Positions 25,290 to 36,492 of a stretch of 64,000 nt of DNA are shown here, piece by piece (the stretch's first letter is position 1; the number at the start of each line of letters is the position of its first letter). Where the stretch lies: NCBI GenBank assembly GCA_031549385.1, contig JAVBPW010000001.1, forward strand, positions 160,001 to 224,000, in the 5' to 3' direction. Under the pieces are notes generated by a model that saw nothing but the letters and a program-made list of their open reading frames with translations, was not told the origin of the DNA and did not search any database. Position numbers and translations under genes: made by a program. The DNA comes from Alphaproteobacteria bacterium (lineage in GTDB: Bacteria > Pseudomonadota > Alphaproteobacteria > Rs-D84 > SZUA-605).

Positions 25290-27911
25290 ATGGATAATGC
25301 AACACCTGCTATGAAGCAGTATTTACAGATAAAACAAGATAATAAAGACTCTCTCGTGCTTTATCGTATGGGTGATTTTTATGAATTGTTTTTTGATGAC
25401 GCTATTACTACTGCAAAGGTTTTAAATATTACTCTTACTAAAAGAGGATTTCATAATGATAAACCTATTCCAATGTGTGGAATCCCTTTTCATGCTTTAG
25501 ATAATTATTTACCTCGACTTATAAAAGAAGGTTATAAAGTTGCTCTTTGTGAACAAGTTGAAACTCCTGAAATGGCAAAACTTCGTGGAAATAATGCTGT
25601 TGTTAAAAGAGAAGTTACTAAAGTTATTACACCCGGAACAATATTGGAAGATAACTTAATAAAAGATTCATATAACAATTTTTTATGCACTGTTTGCCAA
25701 GATGATGAGAACCAAAATAATTTTATTGTAGCTTATGCTGATATTTCTACTGGTTCTTTTTTTGTAGAACAAACTCAAAATATCGAATCGTTTTTACAAA
25801 GAATTAGCGCTTCGGAAATTGTTATATCTGAAAGTTTAAAAAATCTCGAAATTGTGCAACCTATTGTAGATAATTTGAAAAAAATTACTGTACTTCCTGA
25901 TTTCAAATTTAATAAGAAAAATAATATGATTGTTTTTCAAGAAAACTTTGGAATCTATGATTTTACATCTGTTGGTGATTTTACATTAGAAGAAATAAAT
26001 GCAGCTGGAGTTTTAATTGACTATATCAAATTAACTTCTAAATTAGAAAAGGTAGAACTTAAGAATTTATCAAAGAATGTTTCTGATAAAGCTTTAAAAA
26101 TAGATTTCAACACTTGGAAAAATTTGGAAATTACTCAGTCATTAACTGGAGAAAAAAAAGCTTCTTTATTTTACTGTGTAAATACTACTAAAACAAATAT
26201 TGGTTCTCGATATTTAAGTCAGATGTTTGCGAATCCTATTTGCGATATAGACGAACTTAATTTACGATTTGCTAAACAACAATTCTTTATTGATAATTAT
26301 GACCTTACTTTAAAAATAGAAAAAGAATTGCACCAAATACCGGATTTTGAACGAGCTATTAGCCGAATTCTGTATAATAGAGGTGGACCTCGTGACCTTG
26401 ATGTTATCAAAAACACTTTAAATATTTTGCCTAAAATTTGTTTAGTTTTGACTGAGATAGATTTTGAATTTAATCAATTTTTATCTGAATATAATATGTC
26501 TGACTTTTGCCTCAGTTTTAATAATTTAAAAGATAAATTAGAAAGTGCTTTAATGGATGAATTACCATTACTTGCTCGTGATGGTGGATTTATAAAGACT
26601 GGATATTCATCTGCACTTGATGAATATAAAAATGTAGCAATTAATGCGAATCAGTACTTAGAAAACTTACAAGAAAAGTATAAAAAGGAAAGTGGTTCTA
26701 TATCTCTTAAAATAAAAAATAATAATATTTTAGGATATTATATAGAAGTACCTTCTAAACAAGCTGATTACTTGTTAGATCAAAAAAATGGATTTATTCA
26801 TCGTCAAACTTTAATTAATGGAGTTCGATTTACTACCAATGAATTGTTTGAATTACAGACCAAAATCGAATCAGCTAATTCAAAAATACTTGGACTTGAA
26901 TTAGAAATTTTTGAAGACTTGATTAATGATATTAAAGTTCATTCTAAAGCTCTTTATGAGCTATGCAATAAGTTGGCATCACTTGATGTGTTTACTTCAC
27001 TTTCTGTTAATGCGAGACAAAATAACTTTTGTAAACCAGAAATAAACGAATCGAATGAATTAATTATAGAAAATGGAAGACATTTAGTTGTTGAACATTT
27101 CTTAAAGAAAGAATTAAAAGATTTTATACCAAATGACTGTGTTATGAAAGATATGGATAAAATCAATTCGCGAATTTGGTTGCTTACTGGACCTAATATG
27201 GCTGGAAAGTCTACTTACTTGCGTGCTAATGCTTTGATTGTTTTTATGGCACATGTTGGATTATTTGTTCCAGCTTCACATGCTGTTATTGGAATAGTTG
27301 ATAAAATATTTTCAAGAATTGGAGCTTCAGATAATCTTTCAAAGGGACAATCTACATTCATGAATGAAATGATAGAAACTGCTGCAATATTAAATCAAGC
27401 TACTCCAAAATCTTTTGTTATCTTAGATGAAATAGGACGTGGTACTTCTACTTATGATGGACTTGCTATTGCTAGTGCAGTACTCCAATATATTCATAAT
27501 GTGAATAATTGCAGAACATTATTTGCTACTCATTATCATGAATTAACTTCACTTACTAATTCACTTGCGAATCTATCGAATCATACTATGGAAATAAAAG
27601 AATATAATCATGAAGTAATTTTCATGCATAAGATTAAAGAAGGTCGTGCTGATAAAAGCTATGGTATTTGGGTAGCAAAATTGGCTGGTATACCTTCTAT
27701 TGTTATTAACAATGCTAAAGCAATTTGTGAAAAATTAGAAAAAAATAAAGATGAAGCTGATTTACCTTTGTTCAATAATATAGAAGAAAACTCAAAAGAA
27801 GAAATAAGAATTCCGTCTGAAGTAGAAGAAAAACTTCAATCAATTGATTTAGATACTTTAACACCTATGGCTGCTATGCAGTTTTTGTATGAATTGAAAA
27901 AGAAGATTTAG
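25290..27911 (+). CDS. mutS: DNA mismatch repair protein MutS
   Basis: TPAMKQY, RMGDFYELF, TGPNMAGKST, DEIGRGTS, ATHYHEL. Confidence 0.98.
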   Translation: MDNATPAMKQYLQIKQDNKDSLVLYRMGDFYELFFDDAITTAKVLNITLTKRGFHNDKPIPMCGIPFHALDNYLPRLIKEGYKVALCEQVETPEMAKLRGNNAVVKREVTKVITPGTILEDNLIKDSYNNFLCTVCQDDENQNNFIVAYADISTGSFFVEQTQNIESFLQRISASEIVISESLKNLEIVQPIVDNLKKITVLPDFKFNKKNNMIVFQENFGIYDFTSVGDFTLEEINAAGVLIDYIKLTSKLEKVELKNLSKNVSDKALKIDFNTWKNLEITQSLTGEKKASLFYCVNTTKTNIGSRYLSQMFANPICDIDELNLRFAKQQFFIDNYDLTLKIEKELHQIPDFERAISRILYNRGGPRDLDVIKNTLNILPKICLVLTEIDFEFNQFLSEYNMSDFCLSFNNLKDKLESALMDELPLLARDGGFIKTGYSSALDEYKNVAINANQYLENLQEKYKKESGSISLKIKNNNILGYYIEVPSKQADYLLDQKNGFIHRQTLINGVRFTTNELFELQTKIESANSKILGLELEIFEDLINDIKVHSKALYELCNKLASLDVFTSLSVNARQNNFCKPEINESNELIIENGRHLVVEHFLKKELKDFIPNDCVMKDMDKINSRIWLLTGPNMAGKSTYLRANALIVFMAHVGLFVPASHAVIGIVDKIFSRIGASDNLSKGQSTFMNEMIETAAILNQATPKSFVILDEIGRGTSTYDGLAIASAVLQYIHNVNNCRTLFATHYHELTSLTNSLANLSNHTMEIKEYNHEVIFMHKIKEGRADKSYGIWVAKLAGIPSIVINNAKAICEKLEKNKDEADLPLFNNIEENSKEEIRIPSEVEEKLQSIDLDTLTPMAAMQFLYELKKKI

Positions 27912-27964
27912 CTTATGAAATTATTAAAAACAGGTTTTTAACAATTTAACAAGCTTAATAATAA
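27912..27964. repeat. Dispersed palindromic repeat, copy B
   Basis: Fills the mutS-prmC gap; matches 13262-13315 with one indel and one substitution. Confidence 0.8.
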
Positions 27965-28714
27965 TTATAATTTATGTAAATATATTATACGATTTATTTG
28001 GTTGTAGTCTTTGAAGAGTTTGAATTTAAAATCTTTGAATATGTTTATTATATCTTCTTCTTGATCTTTACCAAATTCAAAAAAGATGTTTGGAGATTTT
28101 AAATCTTTCATTAAATCATAAAACCTTCTATAGAAATCTAATCCATCGTTACCACCATCTAATGCGGCAATTGGATCAAAATTTTTAACATTATTATCAA
28201 GAGTTTGGATTACTTTAGTTTCTATATATGGAGGGTTTGATATTATTAAATCGAATCCTGAAAAATCAAAATCTTCTTTTAAAATATCTGCCTCTTTAAA
28301 TTCTACATTTTTTATATTTATATTTGTTGAATTTTGATTTGCAGCTGTTAATGCTTCTTTACTGATATCTAATCCAAGCCCATGAGCTGATTTAAAAATA
28401 TCAAGTAATGTTAAAAGAAGACAACCTGAACCTGTTCCTATATCAACTATATTTTTAGGATTTTTATATTCTGATAAAACAGCTTGGATTAAAATTTCCG
28501 AATCGGCACGAGGTGATAGAGTTGCTTTATTTAATGAAAACTCATGATTATAAAAAGCTCGTTTATTAAAAATTCTATCCAGTGGAATTCCGGCTTTTCG
28601 TTGCTTAATTATTGAATCTATCTTTGATAAATCTTCCCCAATTTCCTCAATAATATACTTAGCCTCATATGAGGATAGTTCTTTTGATAATAATGCGTAG
28701 ATTTCGTTTTTCAT
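27965..28714 (-). CDS. prmC: Release factor glutamine methyltransferase PrmC/HemK
   Basis: PRADSE, DIGTGSGC, SNPPY, ALDGG.DGL; start MKNEI (the longer ORF runs through a tRNA). Confidence 0.93.
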   Translation of the reverse strand: MKNEIYALLSKELSSYEAKYIIEEIGEDLSKIDSIIKQRKAGIPLDRIFNKRAFYNHEFSLNKATLSPRADSEILIQAVLSEYKNPKNIVDIGTGSGCLLLTLLDIFKSAHGLGLDISKEALTAANQNSTNINIKNVEFKEADILKEDFDFSGFDLIISNPPYIETKVIQTLDNNVKNFDPIAALDGGNDGLDFYRRFYDLMKDLKSPNIFFEFGKDQEEDIINIFKDFKFKLFKDYNQINRIIYLHKL

Positions 28715-28734
28715 TGAGCTTCTTTGATAATTGA

Positions 28735-28818
28735 TGGTGCGGGTGAAAGGACTTGAACCTTCATGGGTCGCCCCGCTGGAACCTAAATCCAGTGCGTCTG
28801 CCATTTCGCCACACCCGC
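28735..28818 (-). tRNA. tRNA-Leu(TAG)
   Basis: GCGGGTG/CACCCGC stem, CTGGA-TTTAGGT-TCCAG anticodon arm, long variable arm, CCA. Confidence 0.95.
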
Positions 28819-28896
28819 AACACGGTAGAATATAGGGTAAAAATATTAAAAAAGCAAGATTTGTTTTTTATCTTTTAATATGCTATAATTTTGGCG

Positions 28897-29331
28897 ATGA
28901 AAAAAATACCTTTATTATTAGTTGGACTTTTGGCTTTAGCATCATACTCGTATGCCCAAGAATACCGTTCATTAAAGGATAAAGAAACTCATGTTAGATC
29001 TGGACCTGGGTCTGATTATCCTGTTATTTATAAGTATAAAACTTCTGGACTTCCTTTAAAATTGTTAAAACAATACCAAGGATTTTCCCAAATTAAGGAT
29101 TATTATGGTAACACTGGCTGGATAATTGATACAAAGCTTCGAAAAAAACGTAATCTTTTTGTTTTCAGAAACTCTTTTGGATATGATAAGAAAACAACTA
29201 ACTCAGCAAAAGTATTTGAAATCATGGCACCTAATATATTAGAGCTTAAAAATTGTGGCGATGATTTTTGCAAGGTAGAATATAATAAAAAAGAAGCTTA
29301 TGTTTTAAAAAGTAATGTTTGGGGATTTTAA
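28897..29331 (+). CDS. Secreted tandem bacterial SH3-domain protein
   Basis: VRSGPGSDYPVIYKY..GLP, G.TGW, ends VWG. Confidence 0.85.
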   Translation: MKKIPLLLVGLLALASYSYAQEYRSLKDKETHVRSGPGSDYPVIYKYKTSGLPLKLLKQYQGFSQIKDYYGNTGWIIDTKLRKKRNLFVFRNSFGYDKKTTNSAKVFEIMAPNILELKNCGDDFCKVEYNKKEAYVLKSNVWGF

Positions 29332-30507
29332 TTATAGCTCATCTAATAGCTTGTATAATTCTGGACTTAGATATCCGTCTATTAACATACCATTTGTTTT
29401 TTGAAATGCTTTGATAGCTTTTTTCATACAGCTTCCCATTACGCCATCAACTTCACAAGTATAATAATCTTTTCTTTTTAAGATATGTTGAACATGTTGG
29501 ATTTCATCAACTGTAAATCTTTTTTCTTCTGGAAATAATAACTTGATAGGTTTACCTTCTATTTGATCTGCAAGAAGCCCTATTGAAAGAGCATAAAAAT
29601 TAGAACGGTTCCATTTTAAAATTTTATCAAAATTTGGATAGACTAAAAACGCTGGACCTTTTACACCAGATGGAAGAAGTAATTTTGCTTTAATGTCTGA
29701 TACAGGAAGTGATTTACCATCAATTGTTTTTATATCTAAATCTTTATAATAAGACAAAGGTTGATATGTATCTGTAATATCATTCATTAAGGCTTCGAAC
29801 GGAACATCAACTACCCTGCCCCATTTTTCATCTTTTTCCCAACCCATTCTTTTTAAATAAGCTGCAGCTGAATAAAACGAATCCTGTAAGTTTGTTACTA
29901 TATCAACTTTTTCTTTTGCAATTTTTCCTTCTTTATACATATCAAATGTAGTTGGCATAAATTGAAAGTTTCCAAATGCTCCTGCCCATGAACCTTTAAA
30001 ATCTTTTCTTTGTATATGACCTTGCTTTAAAATTTTAAGAGCTGCAAAAAATTCTGATTTGAAAAAAGCTTCACGTCTTCCATCATAAGCCATAGTAGCC
30101 GTTGTTGATAAAATATCAAATGAACCTTTATTTGTTCCATAATTTGTTTCTGCTCCCCAAAAAGCTACCAAAATTTTTGCAGGTACTCCTGTCTTTGCAG
30201 AAACTTCATTCAATAAAGTTCTATACTTTTTTAAATTTGTCTTTCCATTTTTAATTCTTTCATCATTTACTAAATTTTGGTAGTAAAGTTTAAATGGACG
30301 AGTGAATTCTGGCTGGAATTTATCTTTATCTACTGCTTCTTGATAGTAATTTATATCTATAAAAGTTTTATCCAAGAATGCTTTATCGAATCCTTTAAAA
30401 GCAGCTTCTTTTTTTAACTCTTTTACATATGAATCAAAAGTGGAAGGGTTTTCTGCAAAAGCAGAAAATGTTATAAAAGAGAGTAAAGTTAAAAATATTT
30501 TTTTCAT
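29332..30507 (-). CDS. Lytic murein transglycosylase (MltB/SLT_2 family) with PG-binding domain
   Basis: WGAETNYG, GSWAGAFG.FQFMP, WNRSNFYA, C-terminal DGVMG..KAIKAFQ. Confidence 0.93.
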   Translation of the reverse strand: MKKIFLTLLSFITFSAFAENPSTFDSYVKELKKEAAFKGFDKAFLDKTFIDINYYQEAVDKDKFQPEFTRPFKLYYQNLVNDERIKNGKTNLKKYRTLLNEVSAKTGVPAKILVAFWGAETNYGTNKGSFDILSTTATMAYDGRREAFFKSEFFAALKILKQGHIQRKDFKGSWAGAFGNFQFMPTTFDMYKEGKIAKEKVDIVTNLQDSFYSAAAYLKRMGWEKDEKWGRVVDVPFEALMNDITDTYQPLSYYKDLDIKTIDGKSLPVSDIKAKLLLPSGVKGPAFLVYPNFDKILKWNRSNFYALSIGLLADQIEGKPIKLLFPEEKRFTVDEIQHVQHILKRKDYYTCEVDGVMGSCMKKAIKAFQKTNGMLIDGYLSPELYKLLDEL

Positions 30508-30540
30508 CGCACTGATGATAGCATATAAAATTTTGAAAAA

Positions 30541-31623
30541 CTATTGAATTTGAATAAAATAGGATTTTTTCTTTTCTAATAACTTGAAGTCTTCTTTGAA
30601 AACACCTGTTAGGAATGTTTGAATGCCTAAATTTTCAAGTTCTGTAAATAGTTTCTTTTTATGTTCTTCGTCTAAATGAGCTACTACTTCGTCCAAAAGA
30701 AGTAATGGTGTATATCCCTTTATTTCCTTTATCATATAGCAACATGATAAAATTAAAGAAAATAAGATTATCTTTTGTTGGCCTGTTGATGTCATGTGAG
30801 ATGGCATCTTTAAATCTTCATTATATATAAGAATCTTGGTTTTATTTATGCTTTCTATTAATTCATCCATTAATCTTTTTTCTTTTAAATAGGATTGGTA
30901 TTCTTCTTCTATTAAAGTAAATGGAGTATTTTCTTGAATTCTGTTTTCTATAAACCCTGATAAGGAAATACTTATCTTTGGAAATGAGGTTGGACTTTCC
31001 TGCATTACTTTATTTAATTTAGATATAAATAAATGTCTGCTTGATGCAATAGATACCGATAGGTTGCTTATTTGATGATCTATTGAATTTAATAAGCTAT
31101 CTTTTTTTATGCCATTTTTTATGAAAAAATTACGTTGTTTAAATAGCTTATTTATATCTGAAAGCTCGTTTGCATGGTTTGGATAAAATATTGCTGTTAA
31201 TTTATCTATTAATTTTCTTGAACTTATTGGACCTTCAAGAAATACTTTGTCCATTGCAGGAGTTATCCAAAATATTTTACTTATGTTTTGTAAATCTTTT
31301 TGTGATGTTTTTTTATCATCTATTAATATATTCCTAAATGGAGATTGCTCTGTATCGTATATACAATTTATTGTATAAAAAATTTGAGCTATATTCATGA
31401 TTGAATTTACTTTGAAATAGTTCTTATCTGAACATACATTTGAAATTTCTGATAGTTTTGCTTTTTTTAAACCATTGCCTGCAGTTAAATAGGAAATTGC
31501 TTCAAGAATATTAGTTTTGCCTACTCCATTGTTTCCATATATAACAACGAAATCATTTTCAAAATTAAATTTTTTTGAAGTATAGTTTCGATAATTTTCT
31601 AAATACAATTCCAGTAATCGCAT
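30541..31623 (-). CDS. recF: DNA replication/repair protein RecF
   Basis: NYRNY, GNNGVGKTNILEAI, STGQQK, LLLDEVVAHLD. Confidence 0.93.
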   Translation of the reverse strand: MRLLELYLENYRNYTSKKFNFENDFVVIYGNNGVGKTNILEAISYLTAGNGLKKAKLSEISNVCSDKNYFKVNSIMNIAQIFYTINCIYDTEQSPFRNILIDDKKTSQKDLQNISKIFWITPAMDKVFLEGPISSRKLIDKLTAIFYPNHANELSDINKLFKQRNFFIKNGIKKDSLLNSIDHQISNLSVSIASSRHLFISKLNKVMQESPTSFPKISISLSGFIENRIQENTPFTLIEEEYQSYLKEKRLMDELIESINKTKILIYNEDLKMPSHMTSTGQQKIILFSLILSCCYMIKEIKGYTPLLLLDEVVAHLDEEHKKKLFTELENLGIQTFLTGVFKEDFKLLEKKKSYFIQIQ

Positions 31624-31722
31624 GTAGGTTTTATAGCCTCTTTTTTACAAATCTTCAATAATTTATTTGATTTTGTATATTTTATGTTTTATAATTAAAA
31701 ACATCTTACGGAGGGATACATT

Positions 31723-32700
31723 ATGAAAAAAATTTATATGCTTGCACTAGTCTTGCTTTTTGCTGGATGTGCTAAATACGATAATCCAGATTTTGCAACT
31801 GATGATTATTACTCATCTGACAGTGCTACTGAGCAAACTGCTTCAAACTCATCAAGTTTGTTGCCTGATGAAGAAGCTCCATATTCTTATACAGAAACAA
31901 CAACTATTGAAACTACTGAAATTGTTAATGTTGCTGGTATGCATGATAGTGTTATGAATGCACCACTTACAAACTATAAAGTTGGAAATCCTTATAACCT
32001 AGACAACAATACTTATACTCCTTATGAAGATTATACATATAAAGCTGAAGGTATGGCTTCTTGGTATGGAAATGAATTTGCAGGACAAAAAACTGCTAAT
32101 GGTGAAACATTCAACAATTCATACTTTACTGCTGCACACAAAACTTTACCTATGCCATCTGTTGCAAAAGTAACTAATTTGGAAAATGGAAAATCTACTT
32201 ATGTTAGAATCAATGATAGAGGTCCTTTTACAAAAAGCAGATTAATCGACGTATCTGAAGCTGCTGCACAAGAACTTGGTTTTAAAGAAAAAGGTTCCGC
32301 ACAAGTTAGAGTTGAAATATTACCTGCTGAAAGTGTAATTTTGAAAAATAAAGCTTTAGCTAATGCTCCAGTTGAACCTGCAACTAACTTAGTTGACGCT
32401 GCTCCAGTTGCAGCTGCACCTGTTGCAACCACTGCTGCTGTTGAAACAATTAAACAAACACCAACTGGAACATTTGAAGTTCAAGCCGGTGCACTTGGAT
32501 CAAAAGAAAATGCTGAAGCATTGGGAACAAGATTATCTACTATAGGAGACGTAAGAATTATTTCTGATGGTGATTTCTTCAAAGTTAGATTTGGACCATA
32601 TGCTTCAAAAGAAGAAGCTTTGAAAGTTAGATCTCAATTGATAAATATGGGAGTTAATCCAGGACTTATTAATAATGGTAAATGGGCATCATGGGATTAG
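31723..32700 (+). CDS. rlpA: Septal ring lytic transglycosylase RlpA with SPOR domain
   Basis: Lipobox, GMASWYG..TANGE..AAHKTLP..RINDRGP, C-terminal SPOR. Confidence 0.95.
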   Translation: MKKIYMLALVLLFAGCAKYDNPDFATDDYYSSDSATEQTASNSSSLLPDEEAPYSYTETTTIETTEIVNVAGMHDSVMNAPLTNYKVGNPYNLDNNTYTPYEDYTYKAEGMASWYGNEFAGQKTANGETFNNSYFTAAHKTLPMPSVAKVTNLENGKSTYVRINDRGPFTKSRLIDVSEAAAQELGFKEKGSAQVRVEILPAESVILKNKALANAPVEPATNLVDAAPVAAAPVATTAAVETIKQTPTGTFEVQAGALGSKENAEALGTRLSTIGDVRIISDGDFFKVRFGPYASKEEALKVRSQLINMGVNPGLINNGKWASWD

Positions 32701-32724
32701 GAACCTGACGTTCCATCGCTTTAT

Positions 32725-32753
32725 TAGGGTTTGATTTATTCAAGCCCTTTTTT
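32725..32753 (+). terminator. Intrinsic terminator after rlpA
   Basis: AGGGTTTGA-TTTAT-TCAAGCCCT followed by a T-tract. Confidence 0.7.
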
Positions 32754-32908
32754 ATTTCTAAATTAATTTATTAAAATATGAATTTGAATAATTTAACAAG
32801 TTTAATAATTAAAACTAATTTATAATTTTTTTACTTTGAACTATTGAAATGTTTTAAACTGACACTATATATAAAACAAATATTCATGATCTCCGAATAT
32901 CCTTAAAA

Positions 32909-32939
32909 TAAAAAGATGGAAATTACTTTCCATCTTTTT
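32909..32939. terminator. Orphan bidirectional terminator-like hairpin
   Basis: AAAAAGATGGAAA-TTAC-TTTCCATCTTTTT. Confidence 0.65.
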
Positions 32940-33042
32940 AAAAAAGGGCATTCCTTTTTCTCCTTCTTATAATTTTAGAAATATAAAAACTAAAAGCAAG
33001 AGTTAATTTGAAAAATTTTAATTTTTTTGATATAATGATTAG

Positions 33043-34203
<1,161 letters not shown>

Positions 34204-34214
34204 TTGGAGGAGCT

Positions 34215-35294
34215 ATGAGAATTGGAATTATTACTGCTGGGGGAGATTGTCCTGGATTAAATGCTTTTATAAAAAAAGTAGTCGATAAAGCCTCTCAACT
34301 TGGAGCTGAAGTTATAGGTTTTAAAAATGGTAAAACTGGAATGTGTAAATCTGTTCCTGATACTGTTTTATTAACTGCAAAAGATTTTGAAAATGGAATC
34401 GATATGATTGGTGGAACTATGCTTGGTTCTTGTATTCGAGATACTCAAAAAATAAAGGATGCTATAAAGAAAGGAATACAACTTCCTGCTATTAATGAAA
34501 ACGGAGTTGCAGTTGCATTCTTTCCTTTTTTTAAAAATGCTGTTGAAAAAATGAAGATAGATGTCTTGATTATGAGCGGCGGAGATTCGTCTATTGATAT
34601 ATTTGCAAAATGTGCAAATCAAATAGATTTACCTTTAATTGCTATTCCAAAGACTATCGATAATAACGTTGCTCTTACAGAATTTTGCCTTGGTTATAGC
34701 AGTGCTGTTGAGATTTCTAAAAATTTGATTGAAGGAATTAGAAACACTGCAAGAAGTCATAGCCAATGGATTATATTTCAAACTATGGGTGGAGGTACTG
34801 GAGAACTTGCTATGAATACAGGAATTTCCAGTGGAGCTGATGTTATACTTGTTCCTGAAGTTAAATTTAATTATTTGAAAATTTTACAAAAAATAGAAGA
34901 TGATAACAGACGAGGAAAAAAGTTTGGAGTTATTATAGTTGCTGAAGGAGTACCACCTTCTAATAAAAAATATAAATATGCAACTGATGAATTATTTGAT
35001 CTTTTAAGTAAAAATAATGTGTCTGCGCGAATCACTATTGCTGGCCATTATATAAGAGGATGTAATCCAAATGCATTTGATTATATGATTGGGTCACTTG
35101 GTGGAGCTTATGCTGTTGAACTTATTCAAAATAGAACATTTAATAAAATGATTACTTTTGGAGAAAGTAATGTAGGTATGGTTAATCTTGGTGATGTTAT
35201 TAGTTCTGAAGCTGATAAATTAAAGAAAGATGATAATTTAACTGAATTTGCTAGAGCATTGGATATTTACATTGGAGATGAATTTATTGATTAA
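34215..35294 (+). CDS. pfkA: PfkA-family 6-phosphofructokinase homologue with divergent active site
   Basis: TAGGDCPGLNA, GGTMLGS, GGDSS, PKTIDNN, VAEG. Confidence 0.8.
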   Translation: MRIGIITAGGDCPGLNAFIKKVVDKASQLGAEVIGFKNGKTGMCKSVPDTVLLTAKDFENGIDMIGGTMLGSCIRDTQKIKDAIKKGIQLPAINENGVAVAFFPFFKNAVEKMKIDVLIMSGGDSSIDIFAKCANQIDLPLIAIPKTIDNNVALTEFCLGYSSAVEISKNLIEGIRNTARSHSQWIIFQTMGGGTGELAMNTGISSGADVILVPEVKFNYLKILQKIEDDNRRGKKFGVIIVAEGVPPSNKKYKYATDELFDLLSKNNVSARITIAGHYIRGCNPNAFDYMIGSLGGAYAVELIQNRTFNKMITFGESNVGMVNLGDVISSEADKLKKDDNLTEFARALDIYIGDEFID

Positions 35295-36420
35295 GAAAGC
35301 TTTTAATCAATAATTTTTTAGCTTGGCTTTCTTTTATTCCCTTTGAGCAAAGATATTGAATCTCAGATTCATTTAATTGAGTTATTGCTGATCCATGATT
35401 TACATTAACATCTTCACTGTCTATGTGAAGGTTAGGAATAAATGAAACTTTTGCATTTTCTCCTAGTAATAAACTTGTAAACTTTTCATATCCAAATACA
35501 TCTTTTTGATTTTTTGGAATTATTAAATCACCATTAATTTTTAAAATCTCAGACGAATCACATAAAGACTTTAAAATAATATTTGAATGTGATCCTGATT
35601 TTTGACTTATTTCAAAATTATAGGTGTAATTCTTAAAATTATAAAATAAAGAAGAATTATCTAATTTTGATTCAGTATCCATATTTATAATTTCATCATG
35701 ATAAATAGTAGATGATTTTTTAATTTCATTTTTTATATTTAATACAGAATTTTTACCTAAATTAATTTCATTAAAAAGGCAAAGAGTTGATTTGTTTGTT
35801 TTTAAAATCTGATTATAGTTAACTATTGATTTTGAATCAGAATTTATTACTAAAACCCGGCAATTAAGGGAGTTTGCTTCTTTAATTGAAAGAAATGTTT
35901 CCTGTAAGTTTACAGATGTATTCTTTGAAATATTTATAAAAATAGTAGAAAAAAACATATCCTTTTGAGTAACTGTATTTATATGAATTACATTAACTGG
36001 TAATGATGGAGTTGCTTTTATATTTATTGATATAGGACTTTTTAGATATGAAGCACTCAAAGAAGCAAATATTGATTTAGAATAATTGAATTCTTGAAAT
36101 TCTTCTTTTACTTCTATTACCTTTTGGTCATAAAGAGAAAGATTTTCATTAAATACTCCATTTAAAAAGACTATTGTATTTGACTTTTTAAACTTAAGAT
36201 TAAGATCTTTTAATGAAAGAAGTTTTAAATCTGGATTGATATTTACTTTATATTTTAGACTTTTCATTAATGATAAAAAATTTTTATCTTCCATGTATTT
36301 TAAATAAGAGTTTGCTGCATTTCGACGGAAAGTTATAAACTTATCATCTGCATTTTTTGATAAAAGCCTGAAATCTTCAAAATGGGGGATTTTCGGAGGA
36401 TTTATTATCTTTAAACTCAT
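35284..36420 (-). CDS. sufD: SufD-like Fe-S assembly protein
   Basis: VFLNG, C-terminal PNLHIDSEDVNVNHGSA...YLCSKGI..AKKLLI.SF. Confidence 0.8.
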   Translation of the reverse strand: MSLKIINPPKIPHFEDFRLLSKNADDKFITFRRNAANSYLKYMEDKNFLSLMKSLKYKVNINPDLKLLSLKDLNLKFKKSNTIVFLNGVFNENLSLYDQKVIEVKEEFQEFNYSKSIFASLSASYLKSPISINIKATPSLPVNVIHINTVTQKDMFFSTIFINISKNTSVNLQETFLSIKEANSLNCRVLVINSDSKSIVNYNQILKTNKSTLCLFNEINLGKNSVLNIKNEIKKSSTIYHDEIINMDTESKLDNSSLFYNFKNYTYNFEISQKSGSHSNIILKSLCDSSEILKINGDLIIPKNQKDVFGYEKFTSLLLGENAKVSFIPNLHIDSEDVNVNHGSAITQLNESEIQYLCSKGIKESQAKKLLIKSFLNQ

Positions 36421-36492
36421 TATTGTTAATTTTCCTTGTTAAAAATAAATATAGCCTTTATTATATAGCAAAAATTACAGGAGTCAAAAGAA

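Noticed and set aside
28715-28804. N-terminal extension of PrmC (MADALDLGSSG...)
   Set aside because: It is a translation of tRNA-Leu; the likely start is ATG 28714.
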